Positions 11,063-25,087 of a DNA stretch of 64,000 nt are shown here, piece by piece. How positions within the stretch are numbered: position 1 is the stretch's first letter; each line of letters starts with the position of its first letter. A program made the position numbers and the translations under genes. Below the pieces are notes generated by a model. The model was not told where the DNA came from, made no database searches, and saw only the letters and a list, made by a program, of their open reading frames with translations. Origin of the DNA: Octopus vulgaris (lineage: Eukaryota); contig OX597827.1 of NCBI GenBank assembly GCA_951406725.2, positions 78,802,001 through 78,866,000 on the forward strand, in the 5' to 3' direction.

Positions 11063-11564
11063 GAGTTTATATTACTAAAAGGTGAAATAAACAGCTGAGA
11101 TGCTTTGCCCCACACAAAAACTGCAGGTGCTACTCAGAGGGTTTTGTCATAGATCTTAGTAGGAGGAGAAAAGGCAACACCCACGGCCCTTTACAGGAAC
11201 TCTGAGACTGGTAGGAGAAAAGAGGAAGGGTTTTTAGACTGGACATCTGGACAGAATACTTGCAGCAGAGTGGACTCTGCTAAAGGCACCCCTCTGGCTA
11301 GATTATGCTGTTAAATCAAACTATCAGATTAAGTAACCCTTATATGAACAGAAACTGTCCATCCAATGGGTTTCTGTGCAATTTCATTGAGGTTTTGGTA
11401 AACCTGAGACTGTAGTAGAGGACATCTGCCCAAGGTACCCATGGTGCGGGACTCTAGTCAAAATCCTGGAGTTGTAATGTTTCTAGCCATGCTAGTACAT
11501 TTGGGCAAAATGGAAATCATGTAGCTGCTCCATGTGGCCATAATTGTAATGTGGGTTGAAATAT

Positions 11565-11783
11565 TGGTTTCACATTTTGGCACAAGGCCAGCAATTTCAG
11601 AGGAGGGCGTAAATCAATTGCATCAACCTCAGTGCTCAAATGATACTTATTTTATCGATCGAGAAAGGAAAAAAGGCAAAGTCGACCTCAACAGAATTTG
11701 AACTCGGAATTTAAGGACAGACGAAATGCTGCTGAATACTTTACCCACCACGCTAACAACTGCCAGCTCACCACCTTATAAGA
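11565..11783 (-). mobile_element. tRNA-derived SINE (family A) with 14-bp TSD
   Basis: B-box-like gagttcaaattc and core gtcgactttgcc on the minus strand; TSD gtgggttgaaatat at 11551-11564 and 11784-11797. Confidence 0.85.
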
Positions 11784-12789
11784 GTGGGTTGAAATATAAA
11801 ACTATGGAGCTCTACCATAACTGTACAGTGAGGTAAAAATTGAAACCCATGTAGCCATGGCCAAACCAAAACCATCTGGCTGTGAAGTGGTCCATGTTTC
11901 TATGAGGGATACAGATGGAATAATGACAGTATTAATAACCCATCTGCCCCCAGATAATAAAGCAATTCTCTTGTCAATGTTAGTCTGCATAGAACTGGTG
12001 GAGTTCCAATCGGTTAGGGTAGAGTTTGTGGTACCGTTGGATGAGATGTACCTCAACATATGATGTCAATGTTACTGCATTAAATCCCACACATGTGCTT
12101 ATTACTGTACGATCACTTTTTACACCAAACAACATCTCCTCACCATCACACGCATCACCCTAGACAATCAGTTAATTCACGGATGAGGGTACAACAAAGT
12201 TGATCATTAAAATAAGGTTGTCTTTTCCTCTTTCATAATTATTGTTTTAAAACCCTTTTGTTACCGTATTTCTGTTGAAATACATTGATTAATTTTAATT
12301 AATATTGAAAATAAAGAGTTTAATAAAATAACTTGGTCGTTATTAAGCTGGTGTTGAGAATATAAATTAACCTAAAATTTGGATGAAAGATTTTAATTTA
12401 GATCTCGTTAAACCTTTTGTTACCATATTTCTGTTGAACTGCTTTAATTTCAATTAATTTTGAAAATAATGAATAATTAGTAAAATAATTTGGTTGTTAT
12501 TAAACTGGTATTGAACATGGAATCTGGAGGGATGGAGGGTTTTGACTGGAATCACTAAAACAGAAAGTTTGTATCATCAAACGAAGGGTCGTTACATACA
12601 GGTAGGCATTAAAAGAGTTCATGCTCACACTGACTGAAATAGTGATGGCATCATTGACTAATAAATACCAGTAAATATTCTTTGTAAGTATGTTAATTTG
12701 CATTTCTACAAGTGTACAATATTACATACCTTAATAATTCTCTCGTCCACACTTCAGCCAGAACAATGAAGTCAGTGAGTGTTAATATC

Positions 12790-13022
12790 TGTTTCTTTAT
12801 TACCCACAAGGGGCTAAACATAGAGGGGACAAACAAGGACAGACAAACAGATTAAGTCGATTGCATCAACCCCAGTGCGTAACTAGTACTTAATTTATCA
12901 ACCCTGGAAGGATGAAAGGCAAAGTCGACCTTGGTGGAATTTGAACTCAGAATGTAACGACAGACGAAATACGGCTACATATTTCGCCCGGCGTGCTAAC
13001 GGTTCCGCCAGCTCGCCGCCTT
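12790..13022 (-). mobile_element. tRNA-derived SINE (family A) with 10-bp TSD
   Basis: Full head-to-tail match to the other family A copies; TSD tgttaatatc at 12780-12789 and 13023-13032. Confidence 0.9.
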
Positions 13023-13177
13023 TGTTAATATCATCATCATTTAGCATCTGCTTCCCACGTTGGTACGGGTTAGACTGTTTGACTGGAACTGGTAAACTGG
13101 AGAACTGCCCCAGGTTCCAGTCTGAATATCAGATATTGATAATACCTTTTTTATTTTTTCATCAACAACAAGATAAA

Positions 13178-13528
13178 AATCAAATGGAAATTGTAGTTGT
13201 GATACCTGTGCCGGTGGCACATAAAAAGCACCATCCGAATGTGGCCGATGCCAGCGCCGCCTGACTGGTGTCCATGTTGGTGACACGTAAAAAGCACCAA
13301 CCGATTGTGGCCGTTTGCCAGCCTCATCTGACCCCTGTGCCGGTAGCACGTAAAAAGCACCCACTACAATCATGGAGTGGTTGGCATTAGGAAGGGCATC
13401 CAGATGTAGAAACACTGCCAGATCAGACTGGAGCCTGGCGCAGCCTCCTGGCTTCCCAGACCCTGGTCAAACTGTGCAACCCATGCTAGCATGGAAAACG
13501 GACGTTAAATGATGATGATGATGATGAT
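13178..13528 (+). mobile_element. RTE 3'-end-derived repeat (family C); other plus copies near 14690-14870, 25470-25693, 28002-28278, 46570-46815
   Basis: Three gtgccggtggcac-rtaaaaagcacc units, then aggaagggcatccag and a (gat)n tail. Confidence 0.9.
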
Positions 13529-14056
13529 CCACATTGCACCAAGCTCTGCTGTCGGCTTTGGTACAGTTTCTATGGTTGGAAGCCATTCCTGATGCCAGCC
13601 AGAGTGTGGATTAGGTGCTTTTTATGTGGCACCAGCACTAGTGAGGTCACCAAGCAACTTGCAAGACAAAGACCCCTCAACTGAGATGGGAAGAGTGGTA
13701 TTGAGGGATAGAAAAGGTGTCTTGCTTTACAAGGGAAACTTGGCTTCCTCAGGTGGAGAGAGAAAGATGAAAGAGAAGATGTGACAGGAAGAGGGAGGGC
13801 AACAGGGGTCAGTCACCCAAGTTACAGTAAAGTGTGTGAGTGTATGTGTGTGTTTATATTTTTACAAGTAATGGGATGACAAAGGCTTCAAAGTTTCAGC
13901 TTTGGCTGAAATTTCAAAAAGGTTTCTGTCACTCTTCTACATTTAAAAGTGTAATAAACACACACTCTACCAAAAATATTGAGTAACTCTTCAGTATAAT
14001 TCTAAATTGTCTTTATTAAAGCTCAACATGAAAACAAACATAAATAAAAATATATG

Positions 14057-14412
14057 GTAAGTAGCTTGCTTATGAACCACATGGTTCCGGGTTCATTCCT
14101 ACTGCGTGGCACCTTCTACTATAGCCTTGGGCCGACCAAAGCCTTGTGAGAAGATTTGGTAGACAGAAACTGAAAGAAGCCTGTCGTATATATGTATGTA
14201 TGTGTGTATATGTTGTGTGTCTGTGTTTGTCCCCCAACATCGCTTGAGAACCGATGCTGGTGTGTTTGTGTCCCTGTAACTTAGTGGTTCGGCAAAACAG
14301 ACCAATAGAATAAGTACTAGGCTTACAAAGAATAAGTCCTGGGGTCAATTTGCTCGACTAAAGGCGGTGCTCCAGTATGACCACAGTCAAATGACTGAAA
14401 CAAGTAAAAGAG
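14057..14412 (+). mobile_element. tRNA-derived SINE (family B); other copies 29941-30390 (+), 40975-41370 (-), 51630-52026 (+), partial at ~33575-33750, 34500-34980, 53716-53880
   Basis: Head with A-box tggctgtgtgg (seen in the fuller copies) and B-box ggttca[g/t]tcc, internal TA/GT microsatellite, 3' end gactgaaacaagtaaaagag. Confidence 0.9.
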
Positions 14413-15008
14413 TATGTAAACAAACCTTAGACTATTTCCAATACATATTATATATGAGGGGGGCTGAAAAATTCCTGGTTTTGGGTAAAAGAAAATATAA
14501 GCAGATCGGTTCATAATGATTTTATTCAACATAGTCCCTTCTCAGATTCATAATTATTGCAGCAGTCCTTCAGTTTTTCTGAGCCCTGTAAAAGAACTCA
14601 GAAGGTTGGGCTTCCAGCCAGGCCTCTCATGATACTCTTAAATTCAGGAACTTTTCAGCATCCCCTCATATATATATGTGTGTGTGTGTGTGTGGCACAT
14701 AAAAGCCAACTACACTCTCAGAGTGGTTGGCGTTAGGAAGGGCATCCAGGTGTAGAAACTCTGCCAGATCAGACTGGAGCCTGGTGCAGCCATCTGGTTC
14801 GTCAGTCCTCAGTCAAATCGTCCAACCCATGCCAGCATGGAAAATGAATGTTAAACAATGATGATAATGATATATATATATATCTATACATATAAATTTG
14901 ACATGGGCGATTCTTTCTTGTCTTGGGATTCACGGTCAAACAGCTGGGTGGAACTGTATGAAAAATTACACAGATGTGTAGAATGATCCGGTGGTGATGC
15001 TGGGCTTT

Positions 15009-15153
15009 GTATTTTTTCACAGCTTCCATGGTTACCGAGATAATCTACTATAATAATACTCTTGTGTTTATGAATGAGAAAGGATGGGGTGATGTCATAT
15101 TTTTTCATAGCTCCCATGGTTACTGAGATAATCTACTGCAATAATACTCTTGT
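15009..15153. repeat. Direct repeat of ~57 bp, two copies
   Basis: tattttttca[c/t]agct[t/c]ccatggttac[c/t]gagataatctact..aataatactcttgt at 15010 and 15098. Confidence 0.85.
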
Positions 15154-15357
15154 ATATATATATATCATCATCATCATCATCATCATCATTTAGCGTCCGC
15201 TTTCCATGCTAGCATGGGTTGGACGGGTCAACTGGGGTCTGTGAAGCTGGAAGGCTTCGTCAGGCCCAGTCAGATCTGGCAGTGTTTCTACGGCTGGATG
15301 CCCTTCCTAATGCCAACCACTCTGCGAGTGTAGTGGGTGTTTTTTACGTGCCACCTG

Positions 15358-15412
<55 letters not shown>

Positions 15413-16559
15413 TTATATTTCTGTGAGAGTTAGAGGTTGGCAGAAACGGCTGTAAGGAACTGATTTTTTTGCTCTTTTCTGTAATATTAACTCACATGTG
15501 TGTAACATATACTTACTGTATGTGTATGTTTTCTTCTAATACTTTCTAATGCTTTAGAATAATCCTCTCCATTTTCTTATTTGCTACATATATGTGTATA
15601 TATATATACATACATTCATATATTACAAATAGAATCTATAAGCGGAACAGTGCAAATATGCAAGACTTTTCTCAAGTTTCAAATGCGACATAGTTTTCAT
15701 TATCTACATTCCAACAATGGAGCGTTGTGTCTTTGTTAGAAATCAACTCTTTCCTTAAAGGAGGAATTTGAATAATGAAAAGCAGAGGAGAACCACACAC
15801 ACACACACACACACACACACATGCATGCACACACAAACTTTAGATTATTTCTATCCATAATACATCTTCAACTTGACTTTATATTTATTTCTAAATGTGT
15901 ATTGTCAGATTGAAGCGAATTGTGAAGATTATATTGTGGTATTGCTGCAAGAACTGAATATATTATAAAGAAAATTTACCATCTTTGGTGGGTGTACAAT
16001 ATTCTTCTAGCATGATCCTGTATGTGTGTGTGTGTGTGTTTATGTGTGCGTGTGTGAAGGGTGTGGGTTGATGGGTGGCTGTATGTGTATGTACATACAG
16101 AAGATGTGTGTGTGTGTGTGTTATTGTTAAAGACGCATACTTATGAATGTGGAAATATGTGTATGTATGCTGCGGAAATGTGTGTGAAAAATATGTATAC
16201 AAAATGCACACATGTTTGTAGGTAGAAAGAGGTATGTGTGTGTGTGTGTGTAGGATATGAGAGTTTAATGGGAGGTATATGTCTACGTGTGTGGAAGTAG
16301 TATGATTGTCAGTTGGTAGAAAGTGGTGTGTGTGTGTGTGTGTGTGTTGGAATACATGTATCTGTGTGGAAAATGTAGACATATGCCTGTTGGAGGAAGA
16401 AGGGTCGCGTGGTTTGTTGGTAGATACCATGTTTGTGTGTGTATGTATGTATGTATATAACTGTGTGTGTGTGTGTTTATATATGTATATGTGTGCGCAT
16501 GTACTTTGGTAGACCTGACTGTGTAAATGTGCAGAGACGTGGCTGACATGTTGATGGAG

Positions 16560-18783
16560 GGGGGGGGGGACGTTGAATGTAACGGGATAGAAAGTGTGAG
16601 AGGGGGAAGAGTAGGGGGTGGAGGGAGAGAAAGAGTGAGTGTATGGAGAATGAGAGAGGTAGGATGAATATTGAGTAAGTGGTTGTGAGAAAGGAGTGAA
16701 AGAGAGGGTAAGAGAGAGAGGGAGCAGGTTGAATAAAATAGGGGAGAGAGGAGAGGGAGAAGACGAATAGAGCTAGCGGTATGATAGAGAGGGAGAAAGA
16801 GAAGAGGGAGATGGAGAAGGGAAAAAGAAAGGAGGGTGGGGATTAAGTAGAGAGGGAAAGGTAGTAACTATGAGAGAAAGTAAAGGGAAGAGGTGAAGAA
16901 GGGAGGGAAAGAAATAGAGTAAACGTGTAAGATGCAAGGTGGCGAAATAAGAAGGGGGAAAGTAAAAGGAGACAAAAAGAGGAGGAAGAGTAAAAAACGA
17001 GGGAGGGAGGAGGACAATAAGTCTCTCTCTCTCTCTCTCTCACACACATTCTTACTCTCCCGATCTCTCCTTTTAATTTCTTTATGGCAACCCCTCCTCC
17101 CATCTCATCTCCCTCCTTTTCTCTGTTTTCTCTTATCCTCTTCCTCTCATTAGATCTATAGTAAAGAAGAAAAGAGGAAGATAGAGACGGAGAGGAAAAG
17201 GAAGAGAGAGTAAAGCGAAAGAGTGTAGGGAATGTGTGAGTAGTAGTGAGAGGCTAAAAAAGGAGTAAGTACGTCACGACAACTGATGAGAGAGAAAGGA
17301 AAAGAAAAAGGAAAAGAAAGTAAAGAGAATCAAAATCCAAGAGGGCGGAGTCAGAGTGAGAGTAGTAGTGAAAGGGATATAGAAATAGAGGAAAAAGAGG
17401 AAGAACTTATAGAGAGTAGGAGGAGGAAAAGCAAACAGCGTGTAATGTTAGCAGACGGTAACGTCTTATATATAGAGAGAGGAGTGGAAGGAGGATAGAT
17501 GAGTGAGGACAAGGAAAAGGGATTATGAGGAAGAGGAAGAAAATCAAAGAAGGTAGGAGGAAGTGGGGGAAAAGAGGAGAGGGAAAGAAAGTGTAAAAGG
17601 GAAACCGTTTTCGGCGGGGGTGGGGGGGTGGGAGGAGAGAATTAGAGAGGTAGTGATGGAGAGAGGAGAGGGGAGAGGGGAGAGGAAAATAGTGAGAAGG
17701 AAGAGAGGTGCTAAGAGAAGGAGGAAAAATTATTGGGAGGAGGAAGAGGAAAATCGGAAATGGAAAGAGAAAGAAGAAAAGGAGAGCAAGAAGGAAATGA
17801 AGAGTGAAGAAAGAAAAGGGTAAGAGAAAGAAGGCGAAAAGAAAAGATGAAGAAAACGAAAGTAGGGAGCAGAAGGGTTAGAGGAATGAAACCCCACCAC
17901 TACCCCCTTGGAGAAAAGTAGAGAGTATGAGAGAGAGTGAATTTAGAAATACGGGGAAAAGAGTAAAATGAAGAGGAAGAATATAGGAGAGAAATGAAGA
18001 AACAGAAAGAGAGAAGGTGATATAGTGAGGAAGGAAGAGAAAGGAGAAATGAATGGAAATAGAGAGTGAGAAAGCGAGGAGGTTGAACGATAGTGAGAAA
18101 AAGGAAGAGGAAAAAGAGAAAGAAGAGAAGAGAATGCAGAGAGAGAGTGCGTATGTGTACGTGTTTGTGACCAAGAGGGTGAGAAAGAGGAAGATGTAGA
18201 AAAGAAAGAAAGAAAATAGAACTTAAAGATAGAGAGGTGTCTGAATGAGAGTAAAAGGAAAAGGGAATAAGAAAGAGGAAAAGCGTGAGAGAAGGTGGGA
18301 GGGAGAGAGAGAGAGAGTAGAAGAAATAAATGAAAAGTGTAAGAGATAGAAAGAGGGAGGTAGTGGTGGTAGTGAGAGGTTTTAAACAGGAAGAGAGAAG
18401 TAAATGGAGGGAGGTGGAAAGGAAAGATGGAGGGTGAATATCTATTTACGCCCGACTTTAGTTTGTTTGTAATGCTTAGCTTGTGTGTTTCTATGTTTAT
18501 TCTCATCCACGGTATAACCGCTTCAGTTTGTCTGCCTTCGTTTGACGATGATAGTGTTGTTGTTGTTGTTGCTGCTGCTGCCCCAGACATGAGCAATCGC
18601 TCACCAAACTTCTCCACCATCCTCCCCCCCCCACCAGTTTCACCTCATCTGGGCCATCATCGCTGCTGCTGCCTCTGTTGCCGAGCAAGCAGCCTCCACC
18701 TCTACCGTACATACCTCACACCTTCACTCTCCTCTCTCTCTCTCTCACACTACATCCCCTCTCTCCACCTCTATTACTTTGTC

Positions 18784-18823
<40 letters not shown>

Positions 18824-19600
18824 CCTGTCAGTCGTCCCTCTCCTCCTCCTCCTCCTCTTCTATAGCATGCACACATGCACATACACACATGCACATACAC
18901 ACACATGTATAGTTTTTTTTTAGCCCCAGGTCACCCCGATCCAGTTAGTCTATGATCAAAGCTATTCCAACCACGACCATCCCGTCATTTTTTTTTGGTG
19001 GGAGGGCAATTGGAACTATACATTATCTAACATGTCCATTCTTGGTTAAGGCAATGGGGTAGGGGTGAATTGAGGGAGATTTGGCTGCAGTTTCTAACAG
19101 GTCGGTCGACCACGTAGAGGCTCTTTTGGTTCGATTTATGTACATCTGTGTGTGTGTGTATATATGTATATATATATACACACATATATATAGCTTCGAC
19201 TTCCATACAGATCTCTCCCTCCCCTCTTTATCTCTCTATTATCTGACTTCCTCTCCTCCACATACCTACACCCCCTCACCACCACTACGTGTCTATCTTT
19301 CTCTATCTCTCCCTTCCTCTCTTTATCTCTCTCTTATCTAACTTTCTCTTCTTCACATTCCTCCCCGTTCCTTCACCGTCTCTACTCCTATCTCTCTCTC
19401 TATCTCCCCCTTCCCCTCTTTATTATCTAACTTTCTCCTATTCACCTTCCTCCCCCTTCTTTTACGGTCTCTATCTATCTATATGTCTATCTACTTCTCT
19501 GTCTGTTTGTCTGTCTCTCTCCATCTCTAACTATTACTCTGTCTCTATCTGCCTATCTACCGTCTCCTCCTCCTCCTCCTGCTTCTTCATCGCCTCCGCC
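16560..19600. other. Strongly strand-asymmetric low-complexity region: GA-rich 16560-18430, CT-rich 18700-19600
   Basis: Composition visible directly; ends in a CCG-rich patch at 19591-19626. Confidence 0.85.
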
Positions 19601-19626
19601 GCCGCCGTCGTCTCCGCCGCCGCCAG

Positions 19627-19944
19627 GTTTATCTTAAGATCTCCAGAGAAGACGTACAAAGCACTTTAGAGATGGAAGACGGACACACAGCAGCCGTCTG
19701 TGGAGATGTATGAGAGTGTGTGAGTGAGTGTGTGTGTGTGTCTGCCGTCTGTGAGAGAGAGAGAGAGAGAGAGAGTGTGTGTGTGTGTGGAGATGACATG
19801 GAGACTTGCTGAGAATTGCTCCTGAATAAGCTGGCCGACCTCGGAGTGCTGTGTGAGTAGAGTGGTGGGGTGGCCTTGTCAGTGAAAGGTGCCAAGTTGG
19901 AGGCGGGGAACCACCAGGGACACTTCTGTTTTAGAGACGTGTGG
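19627..19944 (+). other. Candidate non-coding (5' UTR) exon of an unidentified gene
   Basis: Long polypyrimidine tract and ccgccAG|G acceptor at 19625-19626; GG|GTAAGC donor at 19945; contains short uORFs (MEDGHTAAVCGDV*, 19672-19713). Confidence 0.35.
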
Positions 19945-20139
19945 GTAAGCAAGCTTTTCCACTTAGTATAATGTGTGTGCTGTGGATGTGTGTGTGTGTG
20001 TGTGTGGCGGGGCTCTGTATGTGTGTGTGTCACAGTGTGTGGTGCTGCAAGTGTGAGTGTATGTGTCTGTGTCGGGCCTCCCTCTATGAATGTGTGTATA
20101 TATATATATGTATTGTATATCTATGTTTCTATTTGTGTG

Positions 20140-20192
<53 letters not shown>

Positions 20193-21537
20193 ATATATTA
20201 TGTTGTGTTGTGTCTGTGTCGTTTTGTTATCTTCAATGTATTTATTTTTTTCTTCTTCTTGTTTTTAGTTCAATCTGTGCGCGATTGTGTTATGTATGTG
20301 TATATGTATGTATGTGTATATGTATGTGTGTGTGTGTGTATGTTGTGTCATGTGTACTTCACACTGACCCTTGCTCCTCCCCTCCCACTCTCACAGTCAG
20401 ACGCACACCCCTCACTCCCGCCACCCGCCGTCTCCCGCTATCAGTATACACATATACATGTGTAATCTCAGTGTGTGTCTGTGTGTATATATTTATATAT
20501 GTGTGTGTGTGTGTGTGTGATCTAAAAAAACGTTTATATGTACGAATATTTACGTGTTACACACACATATGTAAACGATGTACGTCTAATGTCTGTGTGT
20601 AAACGTATGTATATGTATGTATGTGTGTGTGTGTGTGTGTGTGTGATGTTATCAATTTACACGTCAATTCCAGCTTGTAATAGTCCCAGTGGCCTGTCCT
20701 GTCTGCAAATTCTCGCTCCTCTGCTCCTCTATAAAGTACCCCTACAGCTAAACTCTTCACCAGTTCACACACACTCTTCGTCTAACCACTGTCTGTCCCC
20801 TATGTGGTCGTGCGATCGACAGAAATAGCAGCTAAAGGCCCGTCGAAATCACAACCTGCAGCCTTAAGTAAGGACGGACAGATGCAGAATAATGGGATAA
20901 TATAAATCCTGTGTGTATATTAACCTGGAAATAATAGTGCATTTTCACTCCTGGAACGGTTTTGATAAGCTGTTGGCCGAAGGCCAAATAACAACAACAA
21001 CAACAATAATAAACACATGCTAATATTACTCAAACACATGTATACATACACATGTACATATACACATACAAATATGTATACACACAGTAACACGACACAC
21101 CTAGACAGAAACAGGCCTTTAAATCACTTTATAATTGTTCTCAGGCATTATACATCCGCAGATGTGAAAATATATATATATATATGTATATTAAATGCAT
21201 GACAAACGTATATACATACATGTGTGTGTATATGTGTGTGTTTGTAAGTATAATGTGTTGATACAACCACTGTATGTATATGTGAATGTAAGATATTTCA
21301 TGCATATGTCAGTACTATATTTGCAGTGTTTGTGTATCTGATATTAAATGCTCTCATGTGTATGTGTCTATAATGATGAAAAAAGAAAGAAAGAAAAGAT
21401 TTAAATACTCATCGTTTGCACTTGTAATAAGGGATTCAACATACGTTTAACACACACACATACATATGCATGTATAAGATATCTGTATGTATATGATATC
21501 CATTTTATATATATGCTTATATACATATATGTTTATA

Positions 21538-21605
<68 letters not shown>

Positions 21606-21857
21606 CATGATATTATATATATATATATGAACATGATATTATATATATATATATGAACATGATATTATATATATATATATGAACATGATATTACATATAT
21701 CATATATGAAATATATGAAATATATAACAATATATCCAATGTATTTTATATAATACAACACATATAATGTAATGTATATCATAGAGGTAACCATATTTAT
21801 GTGTGTGTATGTATATGTACTTATGTATGTATACATATGTAAATATGTATATAAATT

Positions 21858-21894
<37 letters not shown>

Positions 21895-21911
21895 GTATAT
21901 ATTTATGTAGT

Positions 21912-21943
<32 letters not shown>

Positions 21944-22670
21944 TCATCAAAGTTTAACGTCCGTTTTCCACACTGGCATGGGTTGGACAGTTTGTTAGGA
22001 ACTGTCAGGCCAGAGGACTGCACCAAGTTTTATAGTCAGCTTTGTGCTGAGTGTTTTTTTTTATATGGCACCCAGTACTGGTGAGGTCACCAAATACCTT
22101 ACAAGGCAAGGACTCCTCAGCTGAGAGAGAGAGAGGGAGTGATATTGGGGTGGGTGTCAGTGTGCAGGTGATGACAGGCTAGACTATGATAGGACAGAAA
22201 CAGGTGTCAGAGAGAATGAGAGAGAGAGAGAGAGAGAGAGAGAAAATAGTCTGGATATGCCTGGACTTACCCTTAACATAGAAGGAGGTGAATGTTAGTG
22301 GATTGATACAGGGGATTGGACAGGGTGAGTTAGCTGGGAGTTTTACATACATATAATCATCATCATCATCGTTTAACATCCGTTTTCCATGCTAGCATGG
22401 GTTGGACAGTTCAACTGAGGTCTGGGAAGCCAGGAGGCTGCACCAGGCTCCAGTCTGATCTGGCAGTGTTTCTACAGCTGTGTGTCCTTCTTAATGCCAA
22501 CCACTCCATGAGTGTAGTGGGTGCTTCTTACGTGCCACTGGCACAGGTGCCAGGGGAGGCTGGCAATGGCCACGATCGGTTGGTGCATTTTACGTGCCAC
22601 CAGCACGGAAGCCAGTCAACGTGGCACTGGTATCGGCCACGTTTGGATGGTGCTCTTTACGTGCCACCAG

Positions 22671-23540
22671 TACAAGGCTGTTTAGGCTAAATTTCACAGT
22701 TTGCACAAAAGGAAAAGAAAACACAATATTTTATCTAAAAGTAAAAACATGATAAAAAGAATTTTCAAAGAATATCAAAACTAGATTATGGCTGGGAGAT
22801 AACAGTTTACACAAAGTAGCTGCCCTCACCTTCTGCCATGGCTTCAGAACCTGGTGCATGGTTTCCTCACTGTGTCCCTTGGAAGATCTTCAAACATCTC
22901 CTTGATCTTGACCACAAGCTTGGCCTTAGTGCTACAGGCTGAGCGGCCAGTATCTTTCTGAACCATGCTCCACACATAGTAATCCATGGGATTATAATTG
23001 GGAAGAATTCAGAAGCTTGAAATTGGGTCTGGTGGAATTGTAGAAATGCTTCAAAAACCATTTCTGACTCTTTCTGAAAGTATGGCAAGGAATTGAACCC
23101 TACTGCCACACATGTGGCATTCAAGCAGCAAGGTTCTCTTGCCACGGTTTGACGACTGTTTCCAGCAGCTTCAGATAACCCTCTCAATTGAGCCTAAGGC
23201 CCTATTCAAAGATGTGAGGATGAATTCCAGCATGTGGACACAGAACCCCTGCTGTGTCCCTTCCTACTGGCCACAGCGCCGTAGTCTTCATTGCAGCTGT
23301 CCATCTCACGTCTCACAGCCTTCATAGAACATTGAGCAGCAGTCATGACATCAGCACTTTCATATCAAGTGTGAATCCTCATCTTGATACAGGTCACTCT
23401 TTCCCAATATTCAGATGGCTCCTAGTCCTTCATGCCAGCTATCTTTTACTCAGCTACAGCTTTAATCTTTATGCTCTCCAACACCATTGACTGCTCACCA
23501 AATACATCAATCTTTTCCTGAAAAAAAGGAGATATAAAAT
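22671..23540 (-). mobile_element. Degenerate DD37D/maT-like transposon fragment, same family as 33750-34500
   Basis: Terminus tacaaggctgtttaggctaaatttcacagtttg resembles 33749 tacagggtgttcaggttaaatttgacagtttg; internal sequences are collinear. Confidence 0.7.
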
Positions 23541-23844
23541 ATTTTCTAATTTAGCCCCAATACTCTGTGTATTGTATAATATTATAAACATATGTTACAT
23601 CATGCCGATGAGGATCATCTTTTGATGCCCTTCTTGCACGGTGGCATGAGTTGGACCATCTCTTATTTTCAGAAGGTGTTGCTGTCATTAAGTGTGTGTG
23701 TGTGTGTGTGTGTGTTGTTGTTGTTGGCTGAAGATTACAGCAGTATAAGACTTGTTGCAAAACAAAATCTCAGTTTAAGTGCCATTAAAAGAACTTTATA
23801 TATATATCTGTAGTGCCGCCTTGATTGGCATCCGTGCTGGTGGC

Positions 23845-24569
23845 CAACCACAGCCTCCAGACAACTTCGGAATCTCCTGCAACTCTTCTGAATGGTCTCC
23901 TTGTTTAAGTTGGTGAATGCTGCCATAATCCTTGCTTTCAGTTCATCTTTGGTGTTACAAGGAGTTTTGTTGGTCTCTCTCTCAACTGCACCCCACACAT
24001 AATAATGAAGGGGGTTGCAGTGTGGGGAATTAGGTGACCAGATGTTAGGGGGTGGTGTGGTTGCAGAAATTGTCTGACAGCCATGACTGGATTCTCCTGC
24101 TTGTGTGGCATGGTGCAGAGTCCTGTTGCCGGATGTAGGGTCTTCCAGCAGCCACCCTCTTGACCCAGGAAAGCAGTACCTTGTCCAGGCACTTGCTGTA
24201 GTTCTCCATGTTGAGTCTGAGGTCATGTGGGAAGATGAATGGAGGCATAATGTCACCATCACTAGAGATCACTCCAAACACCATGATGTTGACTGGATGT
24301 TTGATTTTTATCAATCTTGGTACATGTTCTCAGCTAGACACCCAGATACTCTGAAATCTTCATAGTTGGAGCTTCTGGCACAAATGCTAAGCAGTACAGC
24401 ATGTCATTTCCAAATTTCTAGTAAAGTGAATTGCGTCATGGTGTTGTTGCTCTCACAGACAGTACCCAACTGACCCTACTATACCGCACCATCGACAAAA
24501 TCAAAAACAAACAATGCGCATACACAAAATTAAAAATATAAAATAGCGACAATTTACCCATCACACCTT
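23845..24569 (-). mobile_element. Tc1/mariner DD37D (maT-like) transposase relic, internally deleted
   Basis: Peptides KHPVNIMVFGVISSDG...QQDSAPCHTS and WSPNSPHCNPLHYYVWG; TIR-like end at 24545-24569. Confidence 0.9.
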
Positions 24570-24994
24570 GTTTATATTTGTGTATGTGTGTGTGTGTGTA
24601 GGTTTTTATTAGTGATGTGTCTACATGAAGATGCATATATATATGGCCTAGTGGCTAGGATGTTGCACTAGTGATCCACAGATCACGGGTTTGATTCCCA
24701 GAGTGGGCAGCATGTTGTATTCTTAACAAAAAACATGACATTTCCTGTTGCTCTAATGCTGTGTGAGGGTCAGCATGCCAAAGAGCAGAACCTGTGTGTT
24801 GTATCAGGCAACCAAAGAAGTTGAGGTAGGATTTGCACTCCAACCTCATAAAACCTTCACCAGCAACGAATGCTTGAAACAGACCCTTAGGTTGCAGGGT
24901 TGTTACCTGAGTGGTGCAAAGGTGTTGTCCTCCAGGTGTAGGGAATCACCAACAAATGGGGAGTGCAGCAATGCACTGTTACAACTCATTTCCA

Positions 24995-25037
<43 letters not shown>

Positions 25038-25087
25038 GCCACCACCACTACCACCACCACCACCATATATGTCCATATACATGTATC

